Source: Clostridia bacterium
GTDB taxonomy: Bacteria > Bacillota > Clostridia > TANB77 > CAG-508
NCBI GenBank assembly: GCA_045531335.1
Contig: JAZSDU010000053.1
Location: 7,408-71,407, forward strand
DNA length: 64,000 bases
Direction: 5' to 3'
The stretch's first letter is position 1. Each line of letters starts with the position of its first letter. The notes beneath the pieces are model-generated. The model was not told the DNA's origin. It ran no database searches and was given only the letters and a program-made list of their open reading frames with translations. Of this stretch, positions 11,801-19,676 are shown piece after piece. The translations under genes and the position numbers were made by a program.

Positions 11801-13799
11801 ACCACAATCTAATGGATTAAAAATTATATTAAAAACAACAGAAAGAACAATAGAAGGAACAGTTTTTGAAGATAGTAACGAAGATAGTAACGAAGATGGT
11901 ATATTAGATGAAAATGATCAAAAAGTAGATGGTGTAATAGTACAATTAATTGAAATAAGATCAAAAGCATCAGGAGGACTAGGAGAATATATTTGGCAAC
12001 AAACAGTATCTGGAAGTAATGATGTAAAATCATTAACTAATAAAGGAACTGAGATAAGAAATTATAGTCATACAGGAGAAAATGCTGTAGATCAAGGTGA
12101 ATATAAATTCACTGGATTTGTTCCAGGAAATTACATTATAAGATATATATATGGAGATGGAACAACATATGATTTTGATGCAGAAGGAAATAAAGCAAAA
12201 TATAATGGACAAGACTATAAATCAACAAAAGACCCAAATTATCAAGAACCTTTATACAATACAGCAGAGTATGCTGATGGATCATCAGTTGCAAGAGATA
12301 ATGAAGCAAGAAGATTAGAAGTGATGGCATATTCAACAACTATAGATGCTAAGATAGGTCAAGCATTGAAAACATTTAGCAAAAACATGAAAGATTTAAC
12401 AGATGGAGAAAAAGCTGTTTTAAATAGCTATTATGACTCATTAGATAAAAACAATATAGAGGTAATATTTGCATATAATGCTTCAAAAGGAGATGCATAT
12501 GCAGGTAATCCAGTTCCAGCAACTCTTAATGAAGATGAAATATATAACTTATTAAAATACTATGTATCATATAAAACATGGATGTCTGCAGAAACATCAA
12601 TGATAAATGTACCTGTAGATACAGAAGAGACATCAATTGATACAAATTCAACACAAGTTGGAATTGAATATATAGATAGCAACGTACTATTTGAAAATAT
12701 GAACTTCGGTTTAGCATTAAGACCTAATACAAAATTAGTATTAGAAAAACACATAACAGGATTAAAAATAACACCAAGTGGAACAGGAGTACAACCAATA
12801 GTTGATGCAAGAAAAGAAATAAGTGCATATTACGACGAAGATTCTAACAATGATTCACCAACAGGAATAACAACAGGACTTGCAACAATTGAATCAACAA
12901 GAACAGAAAGAGGATTCTGGAAAGTAGAAACAGACATTGAAGAATTAGCACAAGGTGCTCAGCTAGAAGTTGAATACACATATGTAATAAGAAATGCAGG
13001 AGAAGAAAAGGATTATTTATCTAAAATATTAGTAAATGCATATGAAGGATATCAGACAAACGATGATGGCACTAGAAGTGGAGAAAAATTAGATAAATCA
13101 TATAAAGAATATTTAGAAAGCCTAGTTTATGACACAAGAGGAAAAACAAGTGCATATGGAGCTTATTTAGGACAACACTACTATACTGGAAATGTTGGAA
13201 CAACTGATGCAGAAGTATCATCAAGAGTAGAAGGACTAGAAGAAGCACTAAACAATCAATTAAAATATGATGATGCAGGAGACTACTTTGAAATAACAAA
13301 TAAAGATGACGAGGGCAAAGTTATTTCTGTTTCAAGAAATACTTATGATACAGATGGAAATCTAGTAGACAACGTAGGAAATGGAATAAAGAACATTGAA
13401 ACAGTAGTAACCGCAGTAAATGAAACTGGTTTCATGGAAACAGGGGATAAAGACCTTAGCAGAACATTAAGGCTAACAACAGTATTATCATCAGTAACTG
13501 GTGATGCAGGATACTATCCAAGTTATATTGCAGAAATAACTCAATATTCAAATGCAGCAGGTAGAAGAAATATGTATGCAGAACCAGCAGACTTAAGTTA
13601 TGTACATAGTGAAGCTACAGAAATAACAATGGAAACACATAACGAAGTAGACGAATTCTGGGGAGAACAAATCATAATTTCTAAACCAACAGGAGAAGAC
13701 AAACTTACAATATTACAAATAGCAATAATAACAATAAGTTCAGTAGCAGTAATAGGAGCAGGAATAGTGCTAATCAAAAAATTCGTATTAAAAAAATAA
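8817..13799 (+). CDS. giant surface/adhesin-like protein (1660 aa) with SpaA/Cna-B-type and SdrD-B-like domains and a C-terminal membrane anchor
   Basis: Signal peptide present. Three prealbumin-like modules (KLTFKKQDL.., IKFNKQNF.., LTINKTDKETGLTISGAKFDV..TLTETEAPTDYAI). Two SdrD-B-like modules (GKVWEDAQ..DANGNYIFKDLP; GTVFEDSNED..GEYKFTGFVPGNYIIRY). The tail is SKPTGE + TM + KKFVLKK. Confidence 0.85.
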   Translation: MMKKVLISVLIFIVAFLSLNIISLAESISLDKNIFSKNNVLCIEIGNWFPGGAYNVKKLSYIESDDEKLKAFQSGLGYILSYDNNYKRNNEQGAYDTYNDPIQLVLWLYLDQNQEQARKFFGNYDYDLTTNTDGYSWERVVKDDTNKIIYRKGTIYNDYGSVTPSKNGDNNKLAYNIYSEAENAYNQKDKYEFDINLYYNSDHQAVIEVNTAEKDDGVDVKLTFKKQDLSSKGVSGVNITLSKLSNVSSISSTSLTSAGTTGNFGTITVTPTENNGTFKIRVTETEPSAYMGIGYVDLTVNYNTSTGAVTSITENNTNVTSSGSTVTIKNRPAVQIKFNKQNFSSGNLAGAIISVEKGDNVASINKTTMTLGTDTLIVKPTDPTKDTFKIKINETTNPFGHMGIGEEVTLTVSYDPTTGEVKSITSSNETYVPSISGNGTLVVKNKPKVNLTINKTDKETGLTISGAKFDVKIENVASVKMSGYSGNNGVINSNNGTIILEDVLAGKIEFEEIQGNGSAQDIKITLTETEAPTDYAIENPTTIIYIKQDYSQYKVNSGSWKNTSAGIAVPINITNKPAITLSGKVWEDAQEKDKEANVPDGEIDTSERGLANVPVYVCDSTGTVLNYKNELTGNNKTDANGNYIFKDLPKTEQGYKVIFKYDGINYQETKAQGAKGNDSKANEVNRTSFNSKFKTIINGGTESGIKLGYDYNEGKSTLKSNIDGTNPANGNATDFQMTAQTGVYKTTTENLHCGLARKELDLAAVMQVDSTTLTINDKTTKYDHTKTVIENLEELGIKELNYIKNEGEVTTYLEYSDYYYRIEDYNTSSTEIKNEDPSDITTNVKELDVYVTYKLELINQTINNGVTINELAYYYDKNYILEGIGTEIDATGKVINNSTIKHEALSDELGDALGKNAIKVSGFDGESGSQAVIETLYFTFKVNKTEDGLPEAIATPKGLNCANVVEITSYSTTNSLIDRDSEPGNLLIKGTEDDSPQSNGLKIILKTTERTIEGTVFEDSNEDSNEDGILDENDQKVDGVIVQLIEIRSKASGGLGEYIWQQTVSGSNDVKSLTNKGTEIRNYSHTGENAVDQGEYKFTGFVPGNYIIRYIYGDGTTYDFDAEGNKAKYNGQDYKSTKDPNYQEPLYNTAEYADGSSVARDNEARRLEVMAYSTTIDAKIGQALKTFSKNMKDLTDGEKAVLNSYYDSLDKNNIEVIFAYNASKGDAYAGNPVPATLNEDEIYNLLKYYVSYKTWMSAETSMINVPVDTEETSIDTNSTQVGIEYIDSNVLFENMNFGLALRPNTKLVLEKHITGLKITPSGTGVQPIVDARKEISAYYDEDSNNDSPTGITTGLATIESTRTERGFWKVETDIEELAQGAQLEVEYTYVIRNAGEEKDYLSKILVNAYEGYQTNDDGTRSGEKLDKSYKEYLESLVYDTRGKTSAYGAYLGQHYYTGNVGTTDAEVSSRVEGLEEALNNQLKYDDAGDYFEITNKDDEGKVISVSRNTYDTDGNLVDNVGNGIKNIETVVTAVNETGFMETGDKDLSRTLRLTTVLSSVTGDAGYYPSYIAEITQYSNAAGRRNMYAEPADLSYVHSEATEITMETHNEVDEFWGEQIIISKPTGEDKLTILQIAIITISSVAVIGAGIVLIKKFVLKK

Positions 13800-13813
13800 T
13801 ACGTAATACTAAG

Positions 13814-13850
13814 TAGACTAAAGGGGACAGACCCCTTTAGTCTATTTTTT
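13814..13850 (+). terminator. family B palindrome acting as a rho-independent terminator
   Basis: (G)TAGACTAAAGGGG-ACAGA-CCCCTTTAGTCTA followed by TTTTTT. Confidence 0.75.
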
Positions 13851-13903
13851 CATACAATTAAAAAAATTGGGCATAATATCTAAGACTCATTTTGGAGGGA
13901 ATC

Positions 13904-14857
13904 ATGCTTTTACAAATATTAATGATAATTTTAGGTTTTATATTATTAATACTAGGAGCTAATTTATTAATAAAAGGCTCTGTTAATATTGCAAAGAAAT
14001 TCCATATTCCTGAAATTTTAATAGGACTAACCATAGTAGCATTAGGTACTTCTATGCCAGAGTTAATTGTTACAATAACATCAGCAAACAAAGAAGCAGG
14101 GGATTTAATAATAGGAAATGCTATAGGAAGTAATTTATGCAATTTATTATTAATATTAGGACTAATGGCGATTTTAAGACCTATAAGAGTAGATAAAGAT
14201 GCAAAAAAAATACATATACCAATATCATTTTTGACAACATTACTTGTGTTAATAATGGGACTAGGAATTCTTTACGGCAAAGTAGGAGTAATAAACCGAA
14301 TAGATGGAATCATACTAACAATATTGTCTATAACATATTTTATATATCCTATAATAGTAGAAATAAAAGATGTAGGGGCACACCTCCGTGATTACACAGA
14401 ACATAAAAACAAAATATTTTTATCAATAATATTTATTATAATAGGAATAATATCACTAAAATATGGAGGAGATTTTGTAGTAGAATACTGTATAGAAATT
14501 GCAAGAATGTTTAGCATTAGCGAAAGGGTAATTGGATTAACAGTTATAGCAATAGGAACAGCCCTTCCAGAACTAGTAACTTCAATATTAGCAATTATTA
14601 AAAAAGATACAGATTTAGCAGTAGGTAATTTGGTAGGATCATGTATACTAAATTTATTATTAATTTTAGGAATAGGAGCAATAATTACTCCACTAACACT
14701 ATCATCTGAGTTCATACAAAATTTAGTTATTTTATTAGCAACAAATCTAATTATATGGGTATTCTGTTTTATAGGTAAAAAGGAAACTATAAGTGTATTA
14801 AAAGGCTTTATATTAGTAACAATTTTTTTATTATATATATGCAGTTTGTTTATATAA
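13904..14857 (+). CDS. CaCA-family sodium/calcium exchanger membrane protein (YrbG-like)
   Basis: Two alpha-repeats: GTSMPELIVTITSA..GNAIGSNLCNLLLILG and GTALPELVTSILA..GNLVGSCILNLLLILG. GGAGG lies 5 nt before ATG 13904. Confidence 0.85.
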   Translation: MLLQILMIILGFILLILGANLLIKGSVNIAKKFHIPEILIGLTIVALGTSMPELIVTITSANKEAGDLIIGNAIGSNLCNLLLILGLMAILRPIRVDKDAKKIHIPISFLTTLLVLIMGLGILYGKVGVINRIDGIILTILSITYFIYPIIVEIKDVGAHLRDYTEHKNKIFLSIIFIIIGIISLKYGGDFVVEYCIEIARMFSISERVIGLTVIAIGTALPELVTSILAIIKKDTDLAVGNLVGSCILNLLLILGIGAIITPLTLSSEFIQNLVILLATNLIIWVFCFIGKKETISVLKGFILVTIFLLYICSLFI

Positions 14858-14862
14858 ATGGT

Positions 14863-14887
14863 AAAAAAGGGGACAGTCCCCCTTTTT
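14863..14887 (+). terminator. terminator hairpin (degenerate family B core)
   Basis: AAAAAAGGGG-ACAGT-CCCCCTTTTT. Confidence 0.65.
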
Positions 14888-14951
14888 GCCCTATTTTTGT
14901 TAGCTTGAATATAAACATTAAAAATACATATAATAAAATTATTACCAGATA

Positions 14952-14980
14952 TTGTATGAAAAAAATGCTTGTGATATAAT
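14952..14980 (+). promoter_or_regulatory. strong promoter candidate for the aminopeptidase gene
   Basis: TTGTAT-17 nt-TATAAT with an extended -10 TG (TGATATAAT). Confidence 0.5.
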
Positions 14981-14990
14981 CTATAAAAAC

Positions 14991-15066
14991 GAGGGACATA
15001 CCTCAATCTATGAGGAATACCCTTGTACTGAGGTGTGTCCCTCAAACCTTGTGAAGACATTCCTCA
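14991..15066 (+). promoter_or_regulatory. structured 5' leader (15-bp hairpin plus a pseudoknot/alternative pairing)
   Basis: GAGGGACATACCTCA (14991-15005) pairs with TGAGGTGTGTCCCTC (15029-15043). The loop sequence ATGAGGAAT is complementary to ATTCCTCA at 15059-15066, just upstream of the SD. Confidence 0.4.
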
Positions 15067-15096
15067 AATATTATAAACAAAAGAAAGGAGAATATA

Positions 15097-16497
15097 ATGT
15101 CAGAGTACGAAAGTTTAAAAGAAAGATTATTTAACAATAAAAAATGCGGATGGGAAAATTTATCAGAGGAAGAGAAACAAAAAATAAATACATTTGGAGA
15201 TGAATATATATATTTCTTAAATAAAGCTAAAACTGAAAGAGAAGCAGTAGATTTTACAAAAGAAGTATTACAAAAAAATGGATTTGTTGATTTGAGAGAC
15301 AAATTAGTCTTAGAGCCAGGAGATAGAGTGTACTACGTAAACAGAGAAAAAAGTGTATATATGGCAGTAATAGGAACAGATAAACTAGAAACAGGATTAA
15401 ATATATTAGGAGCACATGTAGACTCACCAAGATTAGATTTAAAACCTAATCCTCTATATGAAGATACAGGATTTGCATATTTAAAAACACATTACTACGG
15501 AGGAATTAAAAAATATCAATGGACAACAATTCCTTTAAGTATACATGGTGTAATTGTTAAAACAAATGGAGAAAAAATAAAAGTAAATATAGGAGAAGAT
15601 GAAACAGATCCAATATTTACAATAACAGACCTTTTACCACACTTAGCTCAAGACCAAATGGATAAAAAACTAAGAGAAGGAATTTCAGGAGAAGACTTAA
15701 ACCTTCTTATAGGAAGCATTCCATATGGAGATGAAAAAATATCTGAAAGAGTAAAATTAAATATACTAAGAATATTAAATGAAAAATATGGAATTACAGA
15801 AAAAGACTTATTAAGTTCAGAAATAGAATTAGTACCTGCATTTAAAGCAAGAAGTTTAGGATTTGACAGAAGTATGGTAGCAGGATACGGTCAAGATGAT
15901 AGAGTATGTGCATATGCAGAAATAAGAGCAATGTTAAATATACACAATCCTAGAAAAACAGCAGTATGCATATTATCAGATAAAGAAGAAATAGGAAGTA
16001 TGGGTAATACTGGAATGGAATCAAATGTATTTGATACATTTATTGCAGAACTACTAAACAAAAGAGGAGAAAACAGACCTAATTTATTAGATAAAGTATT
16101 CTGTAATTCAAGAATGCTATCAGCAGATGTTGATGCTGCATTAGATCCAATATATGCATCAGTATCAGAAAAGAATAATGCATCATTCTTAGGATATGGA
16201 ATAGCATTTAACAAATATACAGGATCAAGAGGAAAATCAGGAGCATCAGATGCAAATGCAGAATATGTAGCTGAAATAAGAGCAATATTAGAAAGTAACA
16301 ATATACCATATCAAATAGGTGAACTTGGAAAAGTAGACGTAGGAGGAGGCGGAACAATTGCATATATTCTAGCAAACAAAGGAATAGATGTAATAGACTG
16401 TGGAGTACCAGTATTATCAATGCACTCACCATACGAAGTGACAAGTAAATTTGATATATACCAAGCATACAGAACATACGAAGCATTCATGAAATAG
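15097..16497 (+). CDS. M18-family aminopeptidase (aminopeptidase 1-like)
   Basis: 466 aa with GAHVDSPRLDLKP, DDRVCAY, DKEEIGS and SMHSPYE, typical of M18/M42 zinc aminopeptidases. The TAG stop is the first triplet of the family B repeat. Confidence 0.85.
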   Translation: MSEYESLKERLFNNKKCGWENLSEEEKQKINTFGDEYIYFLNKAKTEREAVDFTKEVLQKNGFVDLRDKLVLEPGDRVYYVNREKSVYMAVIGTDKLETGLNILGAHVDSPRLDLKPNPLYEDTGFAYLKTHYYGGIKKYQWTTIPLSIHGVIVKTNGEKIKVNIGEDETDPIFTITDLLPHLAQDQMDKKLREGISGEDLNLLIGSIPYGDEKISERVKLNILRILNEKYGITEKDLLSSEIELVPAFKARSLGFDRSMVAGYGQDDRVCAYAEIRAMLNIHNPRKTAVCILSDKEEIGSMGNTGMESNVFDTFIAELLNKRGENRPNLLDKVFCNSRMLSADVDAALDPIYASVSEKNNASFLGYGIAFNKYTGSRGKSGASDANAEYVAEIRAILESNNIPYQIGELGKVDVGGGGTIAYILANKGIDVIDCGVPVLSMHSPYEVTSKFDIYQAYRTYEAFMK

Positions 16498-16589
16498 ACT
16501 AAAGGGGACAGACCCCTTTAGTCTAACTAGACAAATAAATAATAATTTTAAGGGGGCAGAGACTAAAAGGGTCTGTCCCCTTTAGTCTA
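16495..16589. repeat. family B palindrome doublet upstream of the RAYT-like gene
   Basis: TAGACTAAAGGGGACAGACCCCTTTAGTCTA (16495-16525) plus AGACTAAAAGGGTCTGTCCCCTTTAGTCTA (16559-16589) in inverted loop orientation (ACAGA vs TCTGT). Confidence 0.85.
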
Positions 16590-16621
16590 TACTAAGGGCA
16601 TAATATTAAAGGAGGTAAATC

Positions 16622-17383
16622 ATGCCACGTATGACTAGAAAATTAAGTGAAACAGGATTTTATCATGTTATTATAAGAGGAGTAAATAAGGAAACTATTT
16701 TTTTAGATGATAATGATAGAAAAATGTTTTTACGCTTATTAAGAAAATATAAGGCAGAATTAGAATGTAATGTGTATGCTTATTGTTTAATGAGTAATCA
16801 TGTACATTTATTAATAGAAGATCAGAAATTTAATATTGCAGAATTAATGAAGAATATAACTTGTGTTTATGCAGGTGAATTTAATAAAAAACACAAAAGA
16901 GTAGGACATTTATTCCAAGACAGATTTAAGAGCCAAAATGTGGAGAATCAAAGTTATTTATTACGATTAATAAGATACATACATAGGAATCCAGAAAAAG
17001 CAGGAATTTGTAAAACAGAGGAATACCAGTGGAGTAGTTATAACGAAGTATTATATGGTTCAAAAATTATAGATAGAGATTTTATATTAAGTATATATAA
17101 TGATAATAAATTTTATGCGATAAATGAATTTAAAAAGCAAATGACAGGAGAGCAAGATGATATTCTTGATTCAGCATATTTAGACGAAAAAATATCAGAT
17201 ATTGAAGCAAAAAGATTAATTGAGTATTTAATAAAAACAAAACAAATTCCTGAAATAACTAGCGAAAATTTAATAAAAGTAATTGATGGAATAAGAGAAA
17301 TAAAACATATTACTAAAGAACAAATAATTAGAGTGCTTGAAATAAAAAGAAGTACATTTTATAAAATGCAAAATGAAAAATAG
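16622..17383 (+). CDS. REP-associated tyrosine transposase (RAYT)-like HUH/Y1 protein (IS200-like fold) with a C-terminal HTH extension
   Basis: FYHVIIRG, HUH motif in SNHVHLLIE, catalytic-Tyr motif LIRYIHRNP, and C-terminal ITKEQIIRVLEIKRSTFYKM. Flanked on both sides by family B palindromes. Confidence 0.85.
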   Translation: MPRMTRKLSETGFYHVIIRGVNKETIFLDDNDRKMFLRLLRKYKAELECNVYAYCLMSNHVHLLIEDQKFNIAELMKNITCVYAGEFNKKHKRVGHLFQDRFKSQNVENQSYLLRLIRYIHRNPEKAGICKTEEYQWSSYNEVLYGSKIIDRDFILSIYNDNKFYAINEFKKQMTGEQDDILDSAYLDEKISDIEAKRLIEYLIKTKQIPEITSENLIKVIDGIREIKHITKEQIIRVLEIKRSTFYKMQNEK

Positions 17384-17411
17384 ACTAAAGGGGTCTGTCC
17401 CCTTTAGTCTA
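17381..17411. repeat. family B palindrome between convergent genes
   Basis: TAGACTAAAGGGGTCTGTCCCCTTTAGTCTA. Its TAG (17381-83) and CTA (17409-11) supply the stop codons of the + and - strand genes. Confidence 0.9.
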
Positions 17412-18263
17412 CAAATTATATAAATTGCTGTCTATACATAGTTTTGCTCTTGCTGCTGTTTTTTCATCAGATGCAAGTGCGTTTTCTAAGAATTCAGGAT
17501 GTGCTATTAAGAAATTTCTCATAGTTTCATCTGGATTTTCATAGAAGTTTTTTAACATTTCAAATTGATTTTCGTTTATTATATTCATGCTAAGTGCTTT
17601 TTCAAATAAACTTGCGTCTATATTAATCATTGATAATGATTTTACATTTTCGTTTTCTAATTTTTCTTTTCCACCTTGCATTCTATCTACAACTACTGTG
17701 CTCCAAGCAATTTCTGCTTCTAAGCTTTTGATTGCAGGAATCCAAGCTCTTATATAACTAGATGCTTCTGTTATTAAGTCAGCTATATGTAATACTTTAG
17801 CTCCTTTTACTTCTGATTTATTAAGTTCTTTTTCAAAAGTGCTATCTGTTACTACCATACTTAAGTCTTTGTATATTGTAATATGTGGTTTTGAAAGTAA
17901 GTTTGCAATTATATTAGAGAAGAACCAATCTCTTCTTTCACCACCTGAAATGTAGTCAATTTCATCTACATTTATATTTTCTTTTATAAATGCAATCATT
18001 TCATTAATTACATTTTTATAAATTTCATTTTCATTATAATGGTTAAATGTTTCTTCAAATACTTTTTTAGGAAGAGTCTCCTTATTTTCTTTTTCAGAAT
18101 CAATAAATTTTAATAAATTTACTGCGTCTTGTTCACTTCCATAAAGGAAATGTGTGTTTATGTAATATGGCCCTATTTTACCAGAAGTATACCAAAATGG
18201 TTTGTTGTCTGGGCATATTCTTAAAGCATTTGTTTCAAATAAATATGATACTAAGTTACTCAT
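17409..18263 (-). CDS. phosphoribosyltransferase-like protein (possible atypical orotate PRTase) divergent from the pyr cluster
   Basis: FWYTSGKIGPYYIN resembles the OPRT N-terminal F.L.SG..SPYY motif. VLHIADLITEASS is a degenerate PRPP loop. GGAGG lies 5 nt before ATG 18263. Confidence 0.5.
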   Translation of the reverse strand: MSNLVSYLFETNALRICPDNKPFWYTSGKIGPYYINTHFLYGSEQDAVNLLKFIDSEKENKETLPKKVFEETFNHYNENEIYKNVINEMIAFIKENINVDEIDYISGGERRDWFFSNIIANLLSKPHITIYKDLSMVVTDSTFEKELNKSEVKGAKVLHIADLITEASSYIRAWIPAIKSLEAEIAWSTVVVDRMQGGKEKLENENVKSLSMINIDASLFEKALSMNIINENQFEMLKNFYENPDETMRNFLIAHPEFLENALASDEKTAARAKLCIDSNLYNL

Positions 18264-18388
18264 AAAAACCTCCAATAATATATTTTCTTATAAATAATAA
18301 ATCAAAAATAGAATAAAGTCAAATAAAAACCTTGAAAAAAATAGAATAAAATGATAATATTGTGAAAATGATAAAAGGAGGAAGAAAA

Positions 18389-19663
18389 GTGACAACATTA
18401 TTAAAAAATGGTAGAGTAATAGATTATAAAACAAATACAGATGACTATCTAGATATTTTCATTGAAAATGGAATTATAAAACAAATAGCTAAAGATATAA
18501 ATGCTGTAGCGGATAGTGTTATTGATTGTACTAATCTATTTATTATACCAGGTATGATAGATATTCATTGTCATTTAAGAGAACCTGGATTTGAATATAA
18601 AGAAACTATAGAAACTGGAATGAAAAGTGCTGCCAAAGGGGGATTTACTTCTATTTGTCCAATGCCAAATACGAAACCTACCTGTGATAGTGCTTTTGTT
18701 TTAGAAAAAATACAAAGTGAAGCAAAAAGAGTTGGGGTTTGCAATGTTTTCCCATACGCTAGTGTAACAATTGGAGAAAAAGGGGAAGAATTAACAGATT
18801 TTGAAGCTCTAAAAAATGCAGGAGCAATTGCTTTTTCAGATGATGGTATGCCTGTTGTAAGAGCAAAGATAATGAGAGATGCAATGATTAAAGCAGAAAA
18901 ATTAAACACATTTGTAGCTTCACATTGTGAAGAAAAAGAACTTGGCAAAGGTGCAATAAATGCAGGTAAAGTTGCTGAAGAATTAAATGTACAAGGAGTA
19001 CTTCCAGAAGCCGAAACATTAATGGCTGCAAGAGAAGTAGAAATTGCAGAAATAAATAATGTTCATGCACACATATGCCATATAAGTGCAAAAGAAACAG
19101 CAAGATTAATAAGAGATGCTAAAAAAAGAGGAGTAAATGTAACTTGCGAAACATGTCCTCATTACTATAGCTTTACAGAAGAAGAAGTTCTAGAGTCAGG
19201 GGCAAATGCAAAAATGAATCCACCTCTTAGAACAAAAGAAGATATGGCAGAGATAATAAAAGCAATTCAAGACGGAACAATAGATTGCATAATAACAGAT
19301 CATGCACCACACTCAAAGGAAGAAAAAGAGCAAGGATTAGAGAAGGCTCCAAATGGAATTATAGGATTTGAAACAGCACTTGCCGCAAGTATTACTCATC
19401 TTATTGATAAAGGCTATATTAATTATTTAGACTTAGTTAGAATTACAAGTTATAACCCTGCAAAAATATTAGGAATTGATAGAGGAGTAATAGAAGAAGG
19501 AAAAGTGGCTGATATTACAGTATTTGATCCTAATAAAGAATACATATATACAGAAGATATGATAGTATCAAAATCAAAAAACACACCATATATATGTAAA
19601 AAATTAAAAGGACAAGTAATGTACACAATAGTAAACGGGAATGTTGTATATAAAAATGATTAA
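18389..19663 (+). CDS. pyrC: dihydroorotase
   Basis: DIHCHLREPG, a carboxylated-Lys region, and DHAPH near the C-terminus. AGGAGG lies 8 nt before GTG 18389. In-frame alternatives exist at 18362 and 18368. Confidence 0.88.
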   Translation: MTTLLKNGRVIDYKTNTDDYLDIFIENGIIKQIAKDINAVADSVIDCTNLFIIPGMIDIHCHLREPGFEYKETIETGMKSAAKGGFTSICPMPNTKPTCDSAFVLEKIQSEAKRVGVCNVFPYASVTIGEKGEELTDFEALKNAGAIAFSDDGMPVVRAKIMRDAMIKAEKLNTFVASHCEEKELGKGAINAGKVAEELNVQGVLPEAETLMAAREVEIAEINNVHAHICHISAKETARLIRDAKKRGVNVTCETCPHYYSFTEEEVLESGANAKMNPPLRTKEDMAEIIKAIQDGTIDCIITDHAPHSKEEKEQGLEKAPNGIIGFETALAASITHLIDKGYINYLDLVRITSYNPAKILGIDRGVIEEGKVADITVFDPNKEYIYTEDMIVSKSKNTPYICKKLKGQVMYTIVNGNVVYKND

Positions 19664-19676
19664 AGGGAGGATGTAA

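Noticed and set aside
4090-13299. Antisense and out-of-frame track ORFs inside the giant genes (for example 4090-4509, 5326-5793, 8035-8388, 11450-11719). The same applies inside other long CDSs (14392-15060, 15891-16301, 25463-26017, 46444-46887, 62050-62373).
   Set aside because: They are fully embedded in much longer ORFs with recognisable domains. They have low-complexity, Leu/Phe/Ile/Ser-rich translations typical of AT-rich antisense frames, and they lack SDs.
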